A DNA stretch of 32,000 nucleotides from Delftia acidovorans NBRC 14950 (GCF_001598795.1 NZ_BCZP01000019.1:1-32000), one strand, 5' to 3'; counted from the first letter of the stretch, positions 8,101 through 14,449 are shown. Notes: a model not told the origin generated them from the sequence alone. Numbers and translations: made by a program.

Positions 8101-9647
8101 TCCTCAGTGGCCTGGGCCATGGCACTTGCCTGCTGGGCCTGAGCCGCCGCGCCGGAGTCCACGGCAATGGCAGCAGCCGCGGAAAGGGAGCCGGCCGCAG
8201 GGTCCAGGCCCATGGCCTCGGACGGGCGCAGTTCGCCGATGGCAGCGTCTATGCGAGCGGCATCGAGTTGCGGCGCAGGCGTGATGCCCTGCTCGCGCAG
8301 CCGTGCTTCATCGATCACGGGCTCTTGCTGGGCGCTCAACTGGCGCATGAATTCGTCGCGGACCTTGGCCAAGCCGGCGGGCACTTCGCCATCGGCCTGG
8401 TTCTCGCTGACCTGCTGGAACAGATCCGGACTGAAAGCCTGGTGCAGCGAGTCCGCCGCAGCCTTCCGGTCCTCGGGAGGCAGGCTCTCGTCCTGAGCGC
8501 GCGCCAGCGCATCACGGTATTGCTGCTGGCTCTCGGGCCGGACCATCTGGTCGATGGCCGGGCCGTAGGTTGCAACATCGGGCAGGCCCGCAGGCTCTGC
8601 GCCGGCATCCGGGGGCTGGGCGGCAACATCGCCCGGCTGACCAGCAGGCACCCGTGGCTCGCGCATCGCCCGATACCCCGCCGCGCCGCCGCCCATGGTC
8701 GCGCCCGACAGCGTGCCCAGCACCACAGCCGTGTCCACGTCCTGAGACCAGTCCTTCCCCAGGGCCAGGTTCTGGAAGATCTGCTCTGCCACCGACTGGG
8801 GCAGCTCCTCGAGGAAACCTTCGGAGATGGCGCCTTCGATCACCTGGCGCGGAATGCTCTTGACCGCACGATGCTGCAGCAGTGGATTCGACGCAGCTGT
8901 GGCCGCGTCATCGGCGAACTGCTTGGCGATGCCCTTGTTGCCCTGAGCCAGCATCGTCTCGGCATCACCGATGCCCAGACGCTGCGCAACTCTGCCGCCC
9001 CCAAAACTAATGCCGGCCGTAGCCGCGCCCGTGGCTGCCGCTGCGGCAGCCTGCCCAGGCGAGAGCAGTCCATCGGCCGTCTCCTGGCGAATCTGCTCAG
9101 CAGCCGAGCCCGCGCCCACGACACCCTCTCCCAGTGCTCCCGCTGCTACAGCCCCCTTCAGACCCGCCTGACCCAGCCGAGTGGCAGCAGTAAGCCCACG
9201 CGAAACCACGCCAGCAGCACCCATGGCCGGCAGCGATTCAACGACCGCGCCGACGATGTTGGAAGGGTTTTCTACCGCAGCCTTGAACTTGCCGCCCAGT
9301 CCCTCCGCTTCCTGGAATTTCCGCTGGGCTTCCTTGGTGGCGTCAGAGTGCCATTCGTTGATGGCCTCGCGCGCCTGCTTGGGCCGGAAGCCTACTGCAC
9401 CACCCTCGTTCTCCAGAATCTTGCCCGCCCGCCCGCCGGTGACGATATCAGCCAGGCCGACAGCAGCTTCAGGGACGGCCACAGCGCCCTTGGCAACCCA
9501 GGCCGCCGCGTCGCGTGCGTAGTCGGTGACGCTGCGCCCTGGCGGCTCCTTGCCATAGTCAGGATCCGCGAACGGATTCTTGGTCTGAGGCTTGGCGCTC
9601 GGCGCTTCGGCGCCGTAGTCGGGATCGGTGAACGGATTCTGTGCCAT
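1983..9647 (-). CDS. Giant (2554 aa) polyvalent virion / DNA-ejection-type protein with a ParB-like N-terminal-type domain, an HExxH zincin metallopeptidase, a PLxRFG domain and a C-terminal hydrophobic segment
   Basis: A single uninterrupted ORF. The ParB-like motif ...LKPTQAEF...ILVSRDGHVLDGHHQWLAAREAG lies at nt ~6585..6900. HHEVLGHH is at 5841..5864. PLSRFG is at 4008..4025. The hydrophobic AVGWALAMLLLMGGAGGVPF lies at ~2797..2856. Ala/Gly/Pro/Gln-rich linkers join the modules. The gene lies within the virion-gene block, downstream of the head genes. Confidence 0.9.
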   Translation of the reverse strand: MAQNPFTDPDYGAEAPSAKPQTKNPFADPDYGKEPPGRSVTDYARDAAAWVAKGAVAVPEAAVGLADIVTGGRAGKILENEGGAVGFRPKQAREAINEWHSDATKEAQRKFQEAEGLGGKFKAAVENPSNIVGAVVESLPAMGAAGVVSRGLTAATRLGQAGLKGAVAAGALGEGVVGAGSAAEQIRQETADGLLSPGQAAAAAATGAATAGISFGGGRVAQRLGIGDAETMLAQGNKGIAKQFADDAATAASNPLLQHRAVKSIPRQVIEGAISEGFLEELPQSVAEQIFQNLALGKDWSQDVDTAVVLGTLSGATMGGGAAGYRAMREPRVPAGQPGDVAAQPPDAGAEPAGLPDVATYGPAIDQMVRPESQQQYRDALARAQDESLPPEDRKAAADSLHQAFSPDLFQQVSENQADGEVPAGLAKVRDEFMRQLSAQQEPVIDEARLREQGITPAPQLDAARIDAAIGELRPSEAMGLDPAAGSLSAAAAIAVDSGAAAQAQQASAMAQATEEAARAPAKKKASERRVTADPATGEIQGGALATWTDEDLSNAFRSAQAKEVRMPLANELQRRRAEREQQARATAPAPTSTTPKQGSIDGTQADQAQPPRAESSQAAGAQGAPVAGPAAAQGLSNGTTSSQHDGAQAAAAPGSQAQAPVQTPAQRIDAGRAAWASMPTAERKALAKRVGGVNAAIKGSLHGARWENLNAELQLRLADAMQPQGATDDSTAPAVRLADERPAGPAAAAAAGGGQPAGRAADAQPAGPRGGSAGQPAASVQSAVPGRSGASEQAAAVAPAAAPAPTVGQQQAVAIAKEGNDARRAQLLAASERWTSMPAAERQAVAKTAKGLNALARASSHTRAWADLAPKVREKLAAAMPDAAAAPAAPAGRAPVRSVEGRDLGDGWAKFSRDSGSIGVPRAEMPQIRAEHRGAMVNFMNARGIAHQEESVPASSLKPTQAEFSRERVARAKGFEGGNRSILVSRDGHVLDGHHQWLAAREAGEDVKVIRLDAPIRELLGTAREFPSSTTSEGAVQAAAPASAAAAKPKPRGVLAKKAAAEEAARADYFTPGNIVKGYGDSHVRVVSYTPANADGVWSVTVRQVEKQGSGWEDVPGVRERTHATPPSARELKAGPAERTEELPFRRGKADGQGLTDDQMANLLRIMRPEPAAFSDAARAQAVGQVRETVDAIRKGWSNGPEVVVAFDMNDPAVPEAARRADLRQRSGGASGAPEGFYWKGRAYLLASKLNTPTDAARVLHHEVLGHHGLRGMFGPELNKILNQVATMRHAEVAAKIKEYGLRGVTDLSRRHAAEEVLAEMAEKTPQLHFVRRAVAAIRNWLRANVPGFRGLKLSDADIIQGYILPAREFVERGQRAATDRIEPSFSRGVAEMSLVDKARVLQGEPVAVLRGDEAPQGYPLLRAWAAKMFRDAGGQAVNPELGAVVLDERAVRDSMAHGMNPFKAAGFAAVKDVLEKGVVVMQATQSNQDSFFVSAPVRIKGADDILTVLVHRNPETQRMYLHSVITKENLLRARDSGTDAAVAASGHTGKVTSGEVASVLRGLLQINTREAAGRDGGEDLMFSRSRLAEIKDSALDQLQKTMSHPGKVSVWDKTVGTMRHLAERAPAFKPVYETAQRNIDDVSMLANDAADRAPRLLPRVDTISDLVGKNRKTPVSAADNKAVAKPLFEGTLLWGRDVDGKAVLVDELAKKYGNLPADDKAQLLLRAGRLDDRMLRDWRGLPLAQYEALVNSRFESKMLKAGAVWTDAELQTMFGATPNQIALYREARAAIDRSIDMTARADMMRALGDEYAGMRDMVLDAPKLADALELLTTTLQEDAKAKPDMAERLLQLNNMVVDRAATAKDLQDGGYAPLSRFGRYTLDVVDQEGNRQYFGMYETMKDANLAKIQMAQAFPGAVITQGTMSQQSFKLFAGITPETLEIFKDMVVGKEADAATRKVFDEYLKLTKNNHSALKRLIQRKGIEGYSQDVGRVVANFIYSNARQGAAGLNAGTMDRAINDIPKEQGELKDLAMGLRSYIRDPQEEGQAVRGMLFAQYLGGSLASAVVNMTQPFAVTLPWLSQFGGMRAASGQMTRALNDMRRSWMDKSFRYETDLAHALQTAEDDGVVSPQEVHQLMAQARGAGGLRSGDGTRAGDARAAAGNAWERAKVAWGQPFALAEQFNRRSTFIAAFRIAKAQGMDDPGAFARKAVLETQFVYSKANKPQWARGAVGGTLFVFKTYSVSYLELMQRMWKQGGPEGKRAVGWALAMLLLMGGAGGVPFMEDAEDLIDGVGQMMGYNLSSKQWRKEALASIVGKELTEFLEQGVSGLPGAPIDVSGRLGMGNLLPGTGLLLTKQSRERDLLEVVGPAGDLVSRGFAAGRELVGGVMNLDPSAAGRAALEVSPTAVRNAFKGADMAASGMYKDTKGYKVIDTTLAEAVAKAVGFQPKSVAEIQEANSFMQRSKSFYSLTSSEIKAQWADALFRKDEGALARVRARLADWNQNNPEQPIVVKMPDVWKKVREMGKDRIDRIADNSPKALRQQMREMAAEAR

Positions 9648-9677
9648 CCCCCCACTCTCAAGGAGAGGTGCGGGGGC

Positions 9678-9697
9678 GGTCGAACCCTAGCCGGGGG
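9678..9697 (-). promoter_or_regulatory. Conserved intergenic motif, copy 2 (minus strand CCCCCGGCTAGGGTTCGACC)
   Basis: The AACCCTAG core is at 9683..9690, exactly 36 nt from ATG 9647 of the giant gene. Confidence 0.55.
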
Positions 9698-10118
9698 CGG
9701 ATGCAGAGCAGCCCCTGGGCGGTGGGGCGTATTTTGATCGGGAGGACAGCGGCCCACTCTGGAGATGGGCATTTCCTTCTGCATTTGCCCCCGAAGGTGC
9801 CGCCGCGCGGTCCAGCGAGTCCATTGCGATGTCGATAGCCGCGCGCGCCCTGGAGAAATCGACGGTCCAGCTGGTGTCGGGTGCCAGCGGCAAGTCTGGC
9901 CGGTCGGTGGCCACGCAGCCGCCGTGGAAGTCGAACTCGCGGCGCGCGAGCAGTAGCACGTCGCGCACATAGGCCAGGTCGGCGTCGGCGGGCCGCGCGC
10001 CCGCTTCAGCCCGCCGCGCCGCAGCCCTCGCACGATGCGCCGCGCACAGGGCTACGCAGACCAAGGCAAGCGCCAGGAGCAGCGCACCGGAGAGGATGAG
10101 GATGGGGAGATGTGCCAT
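9687..10118 (-). CDS. Hypothetical single-pass membrane protein (143 aa)
   Basis: The N-terminal helix is MAHLPILILSGALLLALALVCVALCAAH. G/C-rich third positions persist through about the first 110 codons. The 3' end overlaps motif copy 2. A degenerate motif copy lies 34 nt upstream. Confidence 0.55.
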   Translation of the reverse strand: MAHLPILILSGALLLALALVCVALCAAHRARAAARRAEAGARPADADLAYVRDVLLLARREFDFHGGCVATDRPDLPLAPDTSWTVDFSRARAAIDIAMDSLDRAAAPSGANAEGNAHLQSGPLSSRSKYAPPPRGCSASAPG

Positions 10119-10227
10119 GCCCCAGTGTCAGCACCGGGGCGGGATCGCGCGAACCCTGGGCGTGGCTGATGGGTGTGGTACTGGGCGCACTGACGCTGCA
10201 GGTCACGTGGTAGCCCAGAAGCGACGA

Positions 10228-10245
10228 AGCCCGCCGAAGCGGGCT
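10228..10245. terminator. GC-rich hairpin just outside the AT-rich island. Likely terminator for the DUF4411 operon.
   Basis: AGCCCGC-CGAA-GCGGGCT forms a 7-bp stem. On the minus-strand RNA the loop is UUCG. It lies about 55 nt downstream of the stop at 10301. The U-tract is weak on both strands. Confidence 0.45.
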
Positions 10246-10300
10246 CTTTACAACAAAGGGCGTGAAGTCTTTCGAGGGTATCAAACAGCGCGCTACAACG

Positions 10301-10822
10301 TCACGCACCTGCCAATTCTCGATGTAGAAATGTAGACTCGGAGTGTTTCGAAAGCATGTCATAGACATACATCGTTTTCACATTATTTGCCGCCGCTGCG
10401 TCGGGTATTAATATTTTACGCCGTTGCGCAGGGTTGCTTAGCTCCTGTGTCACCACCGTGTAGTTATACGCTTTAGCCACAGCAATTAAGAAAGCATCAG
10501 CCACTTCATTCTTGGCAAATTCTTTTTTTGCGTGCTCTTTAAAGTTACTGGCGTTGGCCCACTGCATTATTGAGCCATACTCCGCCATTACCTTAACATC
10601 AGCCATGTCGTCAATAAAGAACGTGGCAGGCAAAGTTTTGACCCAGGCGCAGCAGTTATCTTCCCGAGCAGTTAGTTCATCTTTAACTTTTTTTATCGAG
10701 TAGACAATGCCGTTGTCGTGCGCCACTTTGAGCCAATCCCAAAATCCACCGCAAAAATCGAAGCGATAGTACATGTTCTTGGCTTGGATGAACACATTGG
10801 CGTCAATAAGATACTTTGCCAA
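10301..10822 (-). CDS. DUF4411-type PIN-like nuclease domain protein (putative toxin/effector)
   Basis: It starts at TTG, preceded by GAGAGGTG. The N-terminus (M)AKYLIDANVFIQAKNMYYRFDFCGGFWDWL matches the DUF4411/PIN-like pattern as I remember it. A later acidic motif reads ADAFLIAVAKA. It begins 2 nt after the upstream stop. The sequence is AT-rich. Confidence 0.8.
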   Translation of the reverse strand: MAKYLIDANVFIQAKNMYYRFDFCGGFWDWLKVAHDNGIVYSIKKVKDELTAREDNCCAWVKTLPATFFIDDMADVKVMAEYGSIMQWANASNFKEHAKKEFAKNEVADAFLIAVAKAYNYTVVTQELSNPAQRRKILIPDAAAANNVKTMYVYDMLSKHSESTFLHRELAGA

Positions 10823-10824
10823 AC

Positions 10825-11961
10825 CTACACCTCTCTTTTCCTGTAAAGCTCGGCCACTGCATTCGAAGAAATATTAAGCAACGCGCCAGCATCCCTAAGC
10901 ATCACACGACCAGCAAAAGCCTCGGAAACTAAGGCATTGGTAAGCTTTTTGCTATTTCTTACAAGAACTGTTTTGTAATAATCGCCACCGCCATCGGCAT
11001 TAGCTTTTGCATCGTTTGCTTTCGTTTGGTGCAGCACACTTAGATACGACTCCTTATCCATAAGATCAAGATCCATCGCCCTCTTCGCAATCACCAACCG
11101 ACTCACCTTGAAATAATTTGGAAGTCTGTACAACGCAAGATCTCCCCAAACGTTCCACTGATCCAAAAATTCATTTTCAGGTGTCAGCACCTCAGCTGCA
11201 ACTTGATTGCACTTCTGCTCTAGTCCATCAAACCTACCAAGTACAGAGACAGACACATCAGATACACCGCTTGCACCAAGCCAAATGTGCGCTATTTCAT
11301 GCAGCAGAGTAAAAATCCACGCTGCCGCACTATCTTTCCCATTAATAAAAACGACTGGTGCGAATTTATCCACCAAAGCAAAGCCGCGAAATTCTTCAAC
11401 ATTAAGTGGCTTATGAGCATTGTTTTGCACAACGCCGTTTTTGAACACCAGTATGCCTGCTGCCTCTACACGTTTAACCAACTCCGCGTAATACTGTTCT
11501 TTAGTATCACATTTAACTCTAAGCGCGACATCGCACCCAAGAGTCGCAGAGATGCTCTCGGCAACAGCTTTTGCAGAAGCGGTTTTTTGGTCAAAGCTTC
11601 CAACAAACGGAAGTTGATCAGCTTCACAATCTTTTAAAAATTCCGAATACCATTCCTGTTTCTTTTTTACATCAGCCAACGTGTCAAAAAAAGCTCGCGA
11701 GAGCCGCTTTGCGCCTGGCACTTGCCGCAGGTCGGGTATTTCTGGATCGGGGATGTTAGGCGGCTCGCGTAAGAAAAGGAAGCCGAAAGGCACCTGCGCA
11801 ATGGAGGCAAATTTTTCTGCCTGCTTCGCGGTGAGCTTGCCATCCATAACTTGCTGAGTCTTCGAGGGACCTGCGACACGGGCAGCAAGTTGCTCGACAG
11901 TGGAACCTATGTTCCCTGCCGCCCACTGGAGGACTTCTGGTGCGAGACTGAGCGTTGCCAT
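10825..11961 (-). CDS. HTH (XRE-like) plus ImmA/IrrE family (COG2856, Peptidase_M78-like) zinc metallopeptidase
   Basis: The HExxH motif is LLHEIAHIWLG, with downstream ...CNQVAAEVLTPENEF typical of ImmA/IrrE. The N-terminal ~70 aa are helix-turn-helix-like. The sequence is AT-rich. It forms an operon with 10301..10822. Confidence 0.8.
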   Translation of the reverse strand: MATLSLAPEVLQWAAGNIGSTVEQLAARVAGPSKTQQVMDGKLTAKQAEKFASIAQVPFGFLFLREPPNIPDPEIPDLRQVPGAKRLSRAFFDTLADVKKKQEWYSEFLKDCEADQLPFVGSFDQKTASAKAVAESISATLGCDVALRVKCDTKEQYYAELVKRVEAAGILVFKNGVVQNNAHKPLNVEEFRGFALVDKFAPVVFINGKDSAAAWIFTLLHEIAHIWLGASGVSDVSVSVLGRFDGLEQKCNQVAAEVLTPENEFLDQWNVWGDLALYRLPNYFKVSRLVIAKRAMDLDLMDKESYLSVLHQTKANDAKANADGGGDYYKTVLVRNSKKLTNALVSEAFAGRVMLRDAGALLNISSNAVAELYRKREV

Positions 11962-12105
11962 TTGGGGCGTATCCTATCAAATGAATGTAACAAGCCGTAG
12001 AACAATGTTTTCGGTTCGTTCACCTATCATTCGTACACAGATGTAGGGACTGGTCCATCTCCGGCGGTGTTGCATGGGACGGGTACAACCCAGAGGGAGC
12101 AACAC

Positions 12106-12771
12106 ATGAGGAAATTCCTCAGATACCAATTCGTTCTGCTGATAGCCACATGGGCAACTTGCAGTGTGGCCGCTGACTACGCCACCTGCCTGCTAGACAA
12201 GCTCCCTGGGGTCAAGAACGCGCCGGCCCACGCTGCCGCGCTGAACCTGTGCGCCCAGCAGCACCCTGACAAGTTCTTCGAGGTGCGCCGCGGCTCAGGG
12301 CGTGGGCTGCTGGGCCCGAAGTCTCCAGAGCAGTGCACACTGGACAAGGCGCGGGACACATCCTGGCAGCCGGCGGCAGGGATGATCATGCGCGCGTGCG
12401 GTTGCCTGTACACGCCGAGCGCTGGACCGACGGACATGTGCGAGCGGTATCCGCTGTCTGCGGAGATTCGCGCGCAGCACCCGCTGGTGAAGACGGATGC
12501 CGAACTGCTGAAGCTGGAGACCCACTACCGGAAGATCTACACAGCGCACCCAGATGCGGATGCGCTGTTCGCGCGCAAGGACTTCTGGGCGTGGGTGACG
12601 CAGGACAAGGGCCGGGAGAACGCGATCACCAAGGGCTCCACCGACACGGTGATACGCACGATGAGCGAATTCAAGGCCAATGACTGGGAGCGCGGGACCA
12701 TGAAGGCCCCGCCCAGCGGAAGCAATCCGTTCGCTGACCCCAACTACGGTAGAGAGCTTCTACAGAAATAG
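12106..12771 (+). CDS. Secreted Cys-rich hypothetical protein (221 aa) ending in NPFADPNYGRELLQK
   Basis: ATG 12106 follows GGGAG. The signal peptide is MRKFLRYQFVLLIATWATCSVAADY. Eight Cys are present. It is on the opposite strand to the flanking virion genes. Track ORF 12067.. begins at an upstream GTG, which I consider less likely. Confidence 0.7.
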   Translation: MRKFLRYQFVLLIATWATCSVAADYATCLLDKLPGVKNAPAHAAALNLCAQQHPDKFFEVRRGSGRGLLGPKSPEQCTLDKARDTSWQPAAGMIMRACGCLYTPSAGPTDMCERYPLSAEIRAQHPLVKTDAELLKLETHYRKIYTAHPDADALFARKDFWAWVTQDKGRENAITKGSTDTVIRTMSEFKANDWERGTMKAPPSGSNPFADPNYGRELLQK

Positions 12772-12775
12772 GCCG

Positions 12776-14449
12776 TCAACGCGGTGCGATGACGCGAGCT
12801 GCCGCGCCCTTCCCATAGATCTCGTCAAACATGGCCGCTTGTCCTGGGTTCGCACGCAATGCGGCGATGTGATTTGCAGAGGGCTGGGCCGTGTTACCCC
12901 CATCCACCCTCTGCACATCCCCCGTGGACTTGTTGTAGCGGATGACACTTCCCTCGGTTGTAGAGCCGTCGGCGTTCTTTGTGGCGGGCGTGACCTGCAG
13001 AGCCCACGGCGACGGATCTGCATCGCCCCGAATCGCGCGCATGGCCTGCTGAGCCTGCTGCTTCTGCTGGGGCGTGGCATTGGGATCAAGGAGCGTATTG
13101 CGCAGCTGCTCTTCCTGGCGCTGGGCCCGGGTCTTGAAGCCGCGCGCTTCTGCCTCTCCCTGCAGGCGCTGCTGCTCAATGCCCACGCGCATGCCCGTGC
13201 GCCCTGTTTCCCCGGCCTGCTGCATGGCCTCGCGCTGAAGTCCGCCGGCTTGCTGCATGTCTTCGCGCATGAGGCCTGCGTTCTGGCGCATGGTCTCGGC
13301 TTCCAGACCTGGCTGCGCCTGGCGCAAAACCGCGTCGGTACCCAGCATGGCGCGGTACCGCTGCATGTCCGGGCTATTTTCAGCCCCACGCCCGCCGAAG
13401 CGCCGCGTGTTGGTGATGGAGCTGGCAGACACCTCGGCATTGCGCAGGTCGTTGCGGGATTGCCAGTCGTTGCCCGAGTGGGCGATGGTGGGCGTGCGAA
13501 AGCCCGGAAAGCCCAGGCGCGGCTGCTCGACCTCGGTGCGCTGGCCGGGGGTGAAGCCGCGGGCTGTCGATTGGTCGGCTAGGTTCTGAGCGGCCAGGTC
13601 GTTTTGCCGAGAGGGCAAGCCGCGCGGCTCGCTGCCCAGGGCCGCGCCCTGTGCGCTGTCGGAGAAGCTGTTGCCCTGGCGGAAGATCCCGGGCTGGACT
13701 TCCTGTGGCGCCGCCGAGCTGGGCGGGCCCATGGTGCTGCCGGCGGATGGCGTGGCCTGCGGCGAGGTGGCCGTGGCTGCTGGAGCTGTGGATGGCGTGG
13801 GATTCACACCTGTTGAGGCTGCAGCGGGTGTCGAAGCCGCGGCACCACCACCAGCGATCCCGGCACCACCGGCAAGCGCGCGCGGGGCATTGAGGCCGGA
13901 GTTGAGCGCGCCGCTGATGGCCCCGCCAGTTCGCGCGATGGCACGGGCGCTACCACCCAGCGCACCAGGCACAGCATTGGCCAGGTTCGACACATTGCGG
14001 CCCAGCTCGGTGTTCATGGGATTGGACTGCGAGCCATCTGGTGTCGGCGCCTTGGGGTAGCCGCCCAAGGGGATCTGGTCCTCTGGCCGGCCACCGTTGG
14101 CGAAGAACACCTTGGGCTTGAAGCCGCGCGGCACGAATGCCTGTTCGGGTGCTGGTGTGTGGGTGGCATCGACGGCGGCCTGCAGCGCGCCCGCGCCGCC
14201 CATGGCGTGCACGGTATCGGGTGGCAGCACGAACTCCCCAGGCTTGAACATGCCGGGGATGGAATCGGGAGCTTGGTTCTGTGCCTGAGCTCTCTGCGCT
14301 TCCAGCACCGATGTGGGGCCGAAGCCCAGGCCAGGCCCTGGCTGGCCCCGCTCCTGCTCGCTGCCGCGCGGCCGGAACCCCAGGCGGGGCTGGTTGGCCA
14401 GCGCTTCAGCCCTGGCCTGCTTCATTTTCTCGGGATCGAATCCTCGCAT
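12776..14449 (-). CDS. Low-complexity Gly/Ala/Gln/Pro-rich phage protein (557 aa), probably virion-associated
   Basis: A strong AGGAGGAG precedes ATG 14449. The ORF is long with G/C-rich third positions. It sits between the head-completion genes and the giant protein. Function is not recognisable. Confidence 0.7.
   Translation of the reverse strand: MRGFDPEKMKQARAEALANQPRLGFRPRGSEQERGQPGPGLGFGPTSVLEAQRAQAQNQAPDSIPGMFKPGEFVLPPDTVHAMGGAGALQAAVDATHTPAPEQAFVPRGFKPKVFFANGGRPEDQIPLGGYPKAPTPDGSQSNPMNTELGRNVSNLANAVPGALGGSARAIARTGGAISGALNSGLNAPRALAGGAGIAGGGAAASTPAAASTGVNPTPSTAPAATATSPQATPSAGSTMGPPSSAAPQEVQPGIFRQGNSFSDSAQGAALGSEPRGLPSRQNDLAAQNLADQSTARGFTPGQRTEVEQPRLGFPGFRTPTIAHSGNDWQSRNDLRNAEVSASSITNTRRFGGRGAENSPDMQRYRAMLGTDAVLRQAQPGLEAETMRQNAGLMREDMQQAGGLQREAMQQAGETGRTGMRVGIEQQRLQGEAEARGFKTRAQRQEEQLRNTLLDPNATPQQKQQAQQAMRAIRGDADPSPWALQVTPATKNADGSTTEGSVIRYNKSTGDVQRVDGGNTAQPSANHIAALRANPGQAAMFDEIYGKGAAARVIAPR

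Noticed and set aside
2013-9737. Four very long plus-strand ORFs (2013..3461, 3678..4985, 5658..7457, 8268..9737) opposite the giant gene
   Set aside because: Their translations are Arg/Gly/His/Leu-rich with no motifs. This is typical of antisense shadow frames in high-GC DNA. The minus-strand frame is continuous for 2554 codons and carries recognisable domains.
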